Source: Thalia democratica (lineage: Eukaryota). Taken from it: DNA of 64,000 nucleotides. Below, piece by piece: positions 48,901-60,900 of the stretch. Both the position numbers and the translations under genes were made by a program. Below the pieces are notes generated by a model. It was not told the origin of the DNA and searched no databases. It was given only the letters and a program-made list of their open reading frames with translations. The stretch lies in assembly GCA_965202585.1 (NCBI GenBank), contig CBDBBG010000303.1, positions 1 through 64,000 of the forward strand, given 5' to 3'. The number at the start of each line of letters is the position of its first letter. Within the stretch, counting starts at the first letter, position 1.

Positions 48901-51900
48901 AATTGCTGGGCTAAAAAAAAATTACGCGTTTATCCGACAACTAAAAATCACCAAACTAACAAAACCGCGCACAACCTCGATGAAAAAGTAATGACGTAAC
49001 AAACTCTCTCATTTTTCTGAGTAGCAATTAACACCAGCAGTAACCTGTAAGGGCGGCAGTAGTCGTCGTGGTCGATGTACATCGGCACCTCGCAACCGTA
49101 GCTGCCGACTTTTCGCGGGCAAAACACTATGGTGACGCGGTAAGTTTCGCCGGCGGGTATCTCCCCCTGAATCTTGTTGGGGGGGTAGTCGGCGCCTCCC
49201 TGTTTCAGGAACCTGTCAATTTGGTAAAGTTTAAACACATTTGAGCATGCTTTGTTAGCAAAGGGTTATAATTAAAACAGTATTAACTAAAATTAATAAG
49301 CGAGTTAACTTATCTAAATAGCTTTGTTTTTATGAACTTTGTTACTTTGTAAAAAATTGTGGGTAGAAGACTAGCATGGCTGGCATCATTCACTTAAGTT
49401 AACTAAAGCAAAAAACATGGATAGTTATGTGGCATAAGTTAATAAACTAAACAACTTTTTTCAATTTAGTATTAACAAGCCAAACAAAGCTCTGCATAGC
49501 TTGTTAGCAGCTAACCGAAAACAAACTTTGTAAAATGTTTTCAAAGTCTTTGTAAACAGCAAACAAAAACAAACACGAAAGCGGTCTCCTTGCTCCTCAT
49601 GCCATTCACCTTGCTCACCTTCAGCCGCCACTTGATCGTTTGTGACGTCATATTCTGCAGGTGGAGCAGTTTGCGGTCGCCGCCCGCGTTGTCAGGAACC
49701 GACATCTTCATGTATGAGCACGGCAGAGTGAACTTGAACCTTGAAGGAAGTTTTTAATGATGGTTGCTTTTTGAGACTTTCAAGTATGTGTTTTGCATAA
49801 CATTTATTATATAAAACAACATTTCTAAATTGAATAACATATTATAAGTTTTTTATCTGAATATAGAACGTTTATGTGATAAAATAAACAAACAGAAACA
49901 TATTAAAAGCTAAACACTAAAAAAAAACGTCGGACTCCATAACAAACAACTAGAGAAAACACCAACTCGGTCTGCGACATTTTCAAGGGAACCCTCAACG
50001 CGGTGGCCTGGATCCTCCTGCAGGGGGTGATGACCTTGTCCCCTGGAACGGGGCCCCTCGAACCCGACGTGTGGCGCTGCTTCTTGTGGGAGGAAAACTG
50101 CGCCTGGGTGGCCTGCAGCTCGGAGGAGGTGGGAGTCAAGGGTTCAACGGAGGGAGACGGCGGTGGAGCTTCGCATTTGTTTAATCTGACGGGAAGCAGG
50201 AAGTCGTACGCCGCCACCTAGTGGATTGAAAGTATGTTCATTGTTATACAAAAAATTTGTTTATAGAACTAAACTATTATTCTACTAATTTGTGCTGCAT
50301 GTGGGAAAAGTGGGTGCCACGATATACTTTTCTCCAAAAAGTTAACATTGGCTGTTAGACCGAAGCATACGAAGTTCTATTTATGAACGTTGTTGTTAAA
50401 CATGCTATAAAATATTTAAATTATTTTATACAAACCTTACGTGGTATGGAAGTACATATAGTTACTTCTAATTGTAAGAAGTTTCACTAGAACTCAGGAA
50501 CTTTACAATTATAAACAATAAACTGAAAAAATAAACTTTATACAAAACATACTTATTGTTTATAAGATACATTTTTACGTTTTTGGTTGACATTTTTTTA
50601 AATCAAAGTTTTTAAAATTCTGCATATAAATATCGCGAAAACAACGATTGTAAATGACACTAACGGCTCTTGGTGCGAACAGAAGGGAGCAGTTAATCGA
50701 GGCTCTGGGAGGAATTTCAAACTTGTGCTGCCTCGGTATATCATCCGAACTCGTGCATATTTGCTCGTCTGTTTGTTTGTGTTGAAGTATTGTAAAGATA
50801 ACATGATATACTAATAAAAGTAGATCGAAGCTTAATTTTTTAAGTTATTGATTGTGAAGCAAAAATTATGTAAGTTTAATTTGAGTTGCGATCAAAACAA
50901 CAACTCTTTTGTGACTTAACAAAACATAGAACACACTTTTAGACTCTTACTTTTGAACTAGTAAAAAAAAATTTACATGATTTAATTGGAAAAAAACGTT
51001 ACAAACACATTTTGTTGTGTGAGATAGGTTTAGTTCAAGGACGCCCTATCGTTTTACCTACCAGAAAACATTTCAAAGAAAATTATTTAGGCGGGCCACA
51101 AAAACATCTCAACAAAATCAGTTCAATAACATATTACAATCAAGAACAAATAAAACGTGAATAGAACTTGTTTATATTGTTATTATAGTGTAAAGGTTAT
51201 TTAGTTATTTACATTCTAAACTAAAATCGTAAGTTGATAAAAAGACCTTCTACTATAACAGTAAACTTCGAAAATATAAACATCGATTATAAAGTTCTCA
51301 CTGACCAACTAGTCTGTCTACGACACGGTGAAACGTGAAATCCTCGTACCTGGACATGTCCACTTCCACCAGGGCTTTCGTCATGGCCCTGTTGAACATT
51401 TTGAAGGGTATGAGGTGCCGCGACCCGCAGTACACCCCGTGGAAATTGAAGTTCTGCAATTAAAAACTGATAGACACGACACTTTCAATATTGAAACATT
51501 TTAGGAAAGGTTGCTTTAACAAAACTGATTTGTTTAATGTAAGGGTACAATTAGTGCTATGTCTTAAAAAAAGTTTATAAAAGTATTTTACAACTTAAAA
51601 CTTAAAACAAAGGACAATGCTGTTAACGACTCAAAATACTCGTTAACATATAAGCATAAACACTAAAGTTGATATCGTACTAACAGATATGTTTATATCA
51701 ACTTTCGGTTCTTCGACGCAGCCATTGAGCCTCAACTCAAGCGGTTTGGCGCCTCTTATAAAGACTTCGGTGTATGCATCGTACTTGATCAAGTTTTGCG
51801 GCTGAAACTTTATCTGAAAAGTTAATTAGGTTGTTTAAAGTAAATTATACTAAATGTACCATTATGAGAGTAAGATATATGGAAAGAATCACATACTTAA

Positions 51901-54900
51901 ATGTGAAAACTATTAAAAAGCTTATGTTTAGGTACCACAAAAATTGTGGTACTTATTACGGTACTCATTATTTTTTTTTAAATAAATTAAAACATAAAAT
52001 ATTTTCTTAAAAATATAACAGTAATAAAACCAAGTAATGTAACTTGTTTTCAAAAGTAAGTGTGATACAGTCTCATGTCTGTTATTTTTTCGACAATCTA
52101 AAAGTTTCACATTTACAAATTAGAGTACTTTGTAAATCAAATATATTTATATACCTGTTTATTTTTCACAATTTTTAAAGCAAAAATGACTAATTTAAAA
52201 CATTGACAAAAACTTTAATTATTAACATCAAAAAACACAAACTTTCAGCTCGGTACTGCCCCCCACCGGTATTATCCCATGCACGGGTTCAATGGTCATG
52301 TTGGGGATGGGGTTGCTGTTGGCAACGTAGAACATGGCGTTGTAGGCGCCCACGTTGCTGAGGATGGCGGTCCGGTGGGCGACCAGCTTCATGGCAACGT
52401 TGCCGAAACCCAGGCGCTTGTCCAAAAACTGTGACGTGACGGTCAGCTACTTAGATAAGAAACAACGCAATTTTTGAACTAATTACGTCTTATAATGCCT
52501 AATCATGCTTGAATACGTCGACAACTTACGGAAAAACATTCTTACGTTTATCGCACTTTTAACAATTTGAATTTAAATACAAAAAATTGTTATTCCGAAC
52601 TGCTTTGTTAATAAAAAATAATATTAAATCATGTAAGTAAAGTGATAAAAAGTTTTAAGCGTCAAGTAGTAACAACACCTTGTGGTTTTCACAAAAAACA
52701 ACGAAAAACTTAAGGTAAGTAAACAAGCACAATAAAAAAATTGAATCAAAAAATAGATAACATTGTTACTTTTACAGTAGGTGTGCCCAATCTGGCAACG
52801 CAGCTCAGTTTAAAAGTTTTTCCTCCGCTCACCTTCACTTGGAATTCACCCTCTAGTGGTGCAAAGTAACTTTGGTGAAAAACCACCTGTGTTTACAGTA
52901 ACAAAGGATTTAACAACTATTCCTGGTAAACTTAAATACTTTATAACTTTCTTGTATTTTCACAATAAACAAACTTTTGCAGTCTAACTATATTCAACTC
53001 TATTTTAATTTAAAGTAATGTAAAAAATAATCGACAAAGTAATTGCAAGCGTCTTATACCAAGTTATTTTTTATTAGCTAAAAGCATCTTTTCAAGGTGC
53101 GAAAGTTTGCTAATAAAAATATAATTTTTACTACTCGAGGCCCATTCAGTTTTTTATTTTAATCTGTAAACTTAATTCGGAAATTTCACTTTCAATGCTA
53201 GCTGTAATACGTATAAGTTTCACCCAAACAAAAACCTGTGTTAAGTCGATTAACCACAGCTTAAACTAAAACAAAAAGTCGTCAAACCTCACACTTGAGG
53301 CTCTTGAACGCGGCAACGGTGCCGGACGCTGGCCTGATTGAAAACGCGGTGCCTCGTTCGCCCAGTATGGGGGACCACTGGAAATCTGCCGGGTGGTTTC
53401 TGTCGTTGTGCAGCGTCACTGTCGACCTAAAAAGTTTGCTAACACTTAATTGAATTATTACTTACATGTTTGTAAGCATGCTTTTAGACTGAGTATAAAA
53501 AATAATGCATTAAAAATACCAATTACTAACTTTTTTCTAATTCAACACAAGTTTGAGTGGTTGCTTACTGTGGGGAAAAATTTTTTTTTTGTAGAAACAA
53601 AAATGTTCTACCTATATGATGAAAATGTTTATATCCTTTAACTAGCTTTCAATTCACAGTGAAATGATTTCTTCCACACTACTGTGCTTACCGCAAAAAC
53701 CTCCGGTACAAACATCAACTTACTTGTACGCGCAGTACACGGACGCCCCGTTCTCGGGATGCAGCTCGAGGAAGTGCGTGGACAGCCGGAGCTGAATGGG
53801 GACCACGGTGGCTTTCACCAGCAAGTAGCTGGTGTGGCTGGAGTTTATCGTGTACCTGTGCGAATTCAGCGCATAAGTAAATCGGTCAGTTTTGAAAGAA
53901 TGTTTGTAAAAACACCAACTTGAGCGATCTATCGAACTGTCCTTCCTGGTTCGACTCGAACACTAGAGGCAGCAGAGCGCGGGATTTCGGGGGAATCACC
54001 TGGGAAAGTGGGGATGTCCGGCGCAGCTCTTTGAACTTTATATTTATCTGAAAAATTTCGTTTGCTTTAAAAATTAAGTTAGTTTTCAACTACTGACAAA
54101 ATCACAAAGCTAATAAACTATTTGGCTTGTTTTCGTGATTAAACGATATATATTATAAATAAATAAGTTAGTTCCGACTTATCTTAATTGAAAAACTTTA
54201 ACTAATCTTATTTTGACACGTGTTTAGAAACTAGACTTTCTTGTCCCATTCAAATTTTATAAAATGCTACTACTAATAGAAAAAAGGTAGCTCAGCTATA
54301 CTGTAGTATGATAAACCCATAATTCAAAACACGCAACTCACTTGAAAGTAAATGTACTGATCAAGGTTATTCAGTATTTCAACTTCTTTTTTGCTGGTGG
54401 ACCTCGCGCAAACGTTTCCGAAATCCAACAGCGGTGGACCAATGACCACATTAAACAACTCCTGTTTGATTTTTTTTAATAGTTAATGAAGTGAAATTTT
54501 AAACACTTCTTGATTCACAATTTTTTTTAAACAGCATTTCACTCAAGTAATGAATGACATTAACAAGATCCTCAGATCCTACAATAAATTTAAAAAAAAC
54601 ATTTATGGAGACGTCAACGCTCTAAAAACTCTACAATCAAAATGAAGCCACACGACAGTGAGCTTATAAAAAAAACTAATAGAACAAATAAAAAAATAAA
54701 CAGAACACCTAAACTCCCAACCCAAAACAAACATTGACGGATCAAACCTTGGGAGTGAGAACTCTCTTGCAGTCTTTCACCTCCTGGCTGGTGGTGGGTT
54801 GCGCGTTGAGGCCTTCCTGCGCCGGCTCGCACCTGACGGCGTCCTCCTGAAACTTCAGCTCCCTCGTGTTCATCAGCCTCCGCTCCCCCCTGATAGCTGC

Positions 54901-57900
54901 CACCTGCTTCTTGTCGGCTTCTGAAAGAAAAATTGTTAGATTCAGTAAAACGGCACATCAAGTTGTGTTTGAAACCGTTTTGTGCTCAAGGGGAAATTTT
55001 AGAAAGAGCGATGGTTAAATTACGGATGAAATTTCAATACAGTTAAGGTAAGGAGAAAATAAAAAGCGGGTAAGAAATTACTGATGTAATGTTGAACAAA
55101 GTTCAGAACATTGCTACATAACCAGCCACAGAGAGTGGTGGGGCATTCTAGCTACAGCCTGCTGCAGTAAACATGCTATTCGAAAATAGACATTTATATT
55201 GTTTGATTGTTTTGTGTAATTTTTTTACTTAAGAAAGTTTTTTTCTCATAAGTACTTTTATACTTTTAGTTTTAAGCAGTCAATTTTCATTTTAACTTTA
55301 AGGTTCCAAAGTAAAACTCTTTTAGATTTAAATTGTATTTAAAGGCTTAAATAACATTCAAAATAATTTATAAAATATAAAGTTTTTTTAATATTTTACA
55401 TGGTTTTTATATTTAATAGTGTTTGCAATGGTTTGTTAGTGTTTGTCCATTCATTGGCATGACTAGTTTTATATAGAGTAGCCCTAAGTATCATTTAATA
55501 TCAGCATTTAGTATAAGTTAAGTACAAATTCAATTATGGTTTTTAGCGTGGTAGTACACTACACCATGATCCTACAACATCGCATCGTTAAAAAAACTAG
55601 TAGGTAGTGTTGTCATAACTCGTACTAAAAAATCTAGGCACGTAGAAGAGCGAAAGGAGCGAGCATTTTGATAATCAACAACAAAAATAAACCAAACTTC
55701 TTCAGCCTACTTTTAGACAGTTAAACTTTCTAACCAAACTGCTTTTCTATTTCTTCGTGACGCAGCTTGAGCGGTTTCAGTCCTTTGCCAGGCTGAATTC
55801 CTATGTCGGTGCTGTTGCTCCATTTAAAGTGGTTTCTAAAGCAACAAAAAACAAAAATTTAACGTTTCGAACTTTTCACGACTTAAAACAAAACTAAAAG
55901 AAAAAAGTACTTAAACTAAAGTTTGCACACAACTGAAATGTAAACAACATCAAAAGACACAACTTGCACCAACAGCGTGTCTTTCTTCCTTATCCTGTTC
56001 TCGTAGGAGGTCCTGACGAACTTGAGGTACTTGTTGTCCTCCCGCACTTTCTGCATCTCCTCCTCCTTGGTCATGGCGAAGTCGGGATCCACGTACTTGT
56101 GCCTCGGCATTCCCAGCCTCTCCGTCTCGTAGTCCTCGTCTCTGTGCGACGGTCGGATGCTCTGAGGCCTGCGTGAGTTGCTAGAGTGAAGGAAAACGAA
56201 ACAAGTTTGCAACATTAACAGTCAAAACTATCATTATGAATTAAGATAATGCAACTCTTATTGAAATTTTCAATTTTAAAAGTTCATATAGGTTTCCAGA
56301 TTCTAGAGTTTTTATGAGCTATGAATTTTGATTTTTTAATTCAGAAACTACATAGATCGCATCTTATTAGTTAAAATTTAAGTAGAACAAATTTTATTAA
56401 ATTTGTTTGTGTTCAAGCAGCCTTAGTATATAAAGTACAAATTTAAAACTTGTATAGGTGATATTCTTATCTAAAAATCTTCTTATATTCTACAATATAC
56501 TTCATGAACCAAATATGGTAGGTAACCTGTCATTGAGATCAGCAACAATCACTCCATTTCTTTTTTTTCTGATCATCTTTTTACTTTCCGCACTCATACG
56601 GTCTCTGCATTAGAATTTAATTATCAAATTAACATTAACAATACAGTAAAATATGTTTTTAAGCTGTTTTGTATATAACAAACCGGTCGTTATCAGCTTT
56701 ATTCATACAATCCACATTATACGAGTTAAAGAACTGTTAAACAACATATAAAGATAGTTTGTTTTTGACAAAGAAGCTAGTCATAAATAAACATACATTA
56801 TATAATTAAATATATAATATGTCATGTACATGTAAAGAGAGACGTTGCAAATATTGAGCCCAGCTCGTACACTTTATAGCTAAATAGAAGCTTGTAATGA
56901 TAAAAGAAGTTGTTATTTTTGTAAGATATCAACAAGCAAGCTTACTTTGCGTAATTTTTCCCCATCGTACAAGCCCCATTCAATTTGAGCTTGACTGAGT
57001 GAAACGAAGAGAATTTGAACTCAGGTAAGTTTCCTGGTTTTTTTGAATCCTGAAACACTCTGCCGAACAACTCAATCAACTGGAGCTTTTTGAAAGAGCC
57101 CGGCTGGTTTGGCTGGAAAACAACGGAGAACTCCTGGAGTGTATTAGATAATTTGCGATGCATGACACGTCTTTTTAGTCCAAAATTGTTAATAAGTAGT
57201 AATGATCAGAAAACAAAAATAGCAAATGTAGATAAACAAATTTAATATTAACAAAAAAATTGCATTCAACAAAAACTGGGTTGAAATGAAAAATAAACTT
57301 AAAAACTCAAAACTTATGACAAATAAAATTTATAACAATATCACTCAAGCATAAAAGTATTATACATAAAGGAGCTACATAAAATTTATCCAACTTATCT
57401 AATTAGTACTGAGACAAGTATACTCAATCAGGCAATGACAAAAAATTAAAACTGTGCTTTAAAGTTTTGTAATCTGTAAAAGAAGTTTCATCACAGCAAA
57501 AAAACTACTATAGAAACAAAGAATAATTATTAGTAGTCAACAAATATTAATGTTTAAAAACAATTGATTAGTAATTTAAACAAGTTTTTAGTTCTGAAAC
57601 CACCACAAACAGACTGACCTTTTGAGAATTAGGTTTGATGTTAGCCTTCTTGGGAATAATGTTGAATTGCGCCACCTTTTTAAACTTTAAATCCAACGAA
57701 AGCACTGGAGATTGGTTAACGAGAGTACATGAAAGAGTGGCACTTTCTCCAAACGTTACCTTTATTACAAGTTTGAACATTTATTCTCTTAAAAACTTAG
57801 ACACTTTCAAATTAACTCTTAAAGTATTATTTCAATTTGAGACTTTAGTTAATTTATTTTTGAAAATACGAGTTACACTTTTAAACAATAAGAAAAACAA

Positions 57901-60900
57901 CTCGAAGTTGTAATGGATACATAATAAGTCAAATACTTTTGTTAGGAACTAATTTATGAATAACTATTAAAAACCATCAGTAAATTTGTCATTAATCATA
58001 ATAAATTTTCTTTTAATAGATATAATATTTGTAATAGTAAACATTTAAGAATTGAATACACTAATATAAGATGTGTTTTGAACAAAGTTGATTTTTTAGA
58101 AAATTATTTGTACATTAATAATACTGATTTATTCTTTCGTACAGAAACATGGTTAACTCCTGAAGTCAACGATGCCATATTCTGTCCCTCTAACTACAAT
58201 ATAATCCGTAACAATAGGAAAAGTAGGGGTGGAGGTGTTTCTGTCCTTTACAGAAACTCTCTAAAGTATTTATAGTTAAAAAATATTTAATCTTTATTAA
58301 CAACACAAATTTTGAATACATATGTATAGACATAATTAAAAAAAAAAGACTTTTCTGTGTCTACCTTCCCCCACTGTCTGCAAATTGTGCACTAACTGTT
58401 GAAATTTTATTAAATATTTTTTTTCAAATGTTAATTTCTTTATGTTCTTGGGGATTTTAATCTGCCAAACATAGATTGGACAATTCCTGGCGCAGACTTT
58501 AGTGAATACCATAAAAGTTTTCTTGATTTTTGCACGGATAATTTTTTAACTCAGGTAATCGAAAGTCCAACTCATAAAAATAGAAACATACTTGGTATCT
58601 TAATTTGCAATAATTTTGGTCTAGATAAGACCATATCTCATTAATTAACTTTTCCATTAACAAATACGTGTGACCATAACTTGATTTCATTTAAAATTAA
58701 AATTGAAAGTCAAAAAGTTATCAATGTCAAAAAAGATTCATATGACTTTAAAAAGGCAGATTTTGAAATCATCAGTAATTACTTGTCAAAAAATAATTGG
58801 ACCTCATTATTTAACAAGTCATAAAATCTCCAACTTTTTTATGAACAATTCATCAGCGCAACTCAAACCTCAATTAAACTTTTTACACCACTTTATTCTA
58901 AAAATAACAAAAGTAAGAAATATTCATCTCACAGTTAAAAATAATAAAGAGAAAAACTTACTCTGTACAAAAAAAAAGTAAGACAAATAAATCATTTTCT
59001 AGATTATAAAAATAAGTCAAAAGAATATCAATTAGCTGTTAAAAAATACAATTTTGAATATGAAGAAAAATTCTGCAAAACCCAAATTTAAAAAAGTTTT
59101 ATAGTTACGTAAAATCTAAACTTAAATTAAGTACTGCAATATCCCTTTTAGAAGACAATGATAAAGATAAAACATTAACCTCAGATTTTGAAATAGTCTC
59201 ACATTTTTACAGAAGTTTTCACAAAGTATTTTAAAAAGATGATAACCACCAAAGTTTTAAACTAACTCAAAGTGTAGTAAAATGCAAAGCTTTTTTATAT
59301 CTTATGAAGACATTAAAAATTCAATTAACCACCTAAAAAATAAAATCATGAGAACCCCAGAAAATATCCCGCCCTATTTTATTAAGTATGCAATTCCATC
59401 TATAATTTTTCCATTTTCACTGATTTTCAATTGTTGTATAGAATTAGCTGAAGTACCAAAACAATGGAATATTTCTTTTGTAATTCCAGTCTATAACAAA
59501 AGTAACAAACACAACGCGTTAAACTGTAGGCCAATATTTTTAACTAGTGGCTTTTCTCGAATTTTTAAACACACTATATCTATGAAAATTCTAAATCATC
59601 TTTTTGACTATATTTTACTATCTGATAAACAATTTGGTTTTGTCCCTAACCGGTCGTAAAACATTGAACTATTAACATGCTTACATTCATGGATAGTTCT
59701 TTATTTCAAAAACAAATGTATTAAAATAGTTTACATAGATACAGTAATTCATATTAAAAAAGCTTTCGATTCAGTATCATACAAACGATTATTAAAAATA
59801 TTGAGTCAGTTTGGACTACATGAGTCCTTAGTGAAGTGGTTCAATAATTTTTTAATTGGTAGATCACAAAGAGTGGTCATTAATAATACGCTGTCAGACC
59901 CTTTATCAATATACAGTGGAGTACCACAGAGTGTAATTGGTCCCCTTCTTTTTTTTAATTTACATTAACGACATTAGTTCAAACATTGATATTAAAAGTG
60001 ATCTGAGTTTACTTGCAGATGATACAAAAATTTTTAGTGCGTCAAATATCTCTTTACAATTTATCTAGATAATATCTACAAATGGCTAGAAACAAAAAAA
60101 CTCAAATTAAATCCTTAAAAATTTTAAATTCTAACAATTAAGAAAAAAAAACGTTTGACCCGATTGACCTTTTAATCAATAACACTAAGATACCAACAGT
60201 TAAAGTTTCAAAGGATTTAGGAATATATCTCTGAAAATTTAAAATGGAACGAACACATAAATTATTTATATAATATTGCAAAAGTTTCATCCTATCAAAT
60301 ATCAAAAAAACTTTAAACTAATTCAGCTACTAATCTGACAAAACTATTTAAAATTAAAATATACGTTCGTCCTAAGCTAGAATATAATACACAGATTTAT
60401 TTACCATATTTAAAAAAATTCATTAACAAAATTGAGTCTGTGCAAAAAAAAATTACCCGTTTGATATGTAGTCGTTGTAACATATCCAATAGATCGTATA
60501 CTGATAGATTTTTTAAACTTGGAATGAAAAATCTAGAATATAGAAGATAGGAATTTGATTTAATTACGCTTTATAGCATCATTTTGGTAATTATAAGATT
60601 TTTTCATTCAATTTTTTCAGTTCATAATAAAAATCAGTTAAGAGGAGATAATAGAAAAATAAAATGTAAACACAACTTTAAAAACAGTCAGTGGCAAGGT
60701 TCATTTTTTCACAGAGCAAAGACTAGTGGAACAAGTGACCAAAAGACGTTGTATTGTGTGAGATGGTGGAACATTTTCGCCTAAGACTGAAAAGATTTAA
60801 TTTAAATAGTATAAATGTCAGTAAAACTCAGTAACTTTCTACTAAAACCATACAGAAGAATAAACAAAATATTTATAGTATTTATCCCATCTAAATTCAC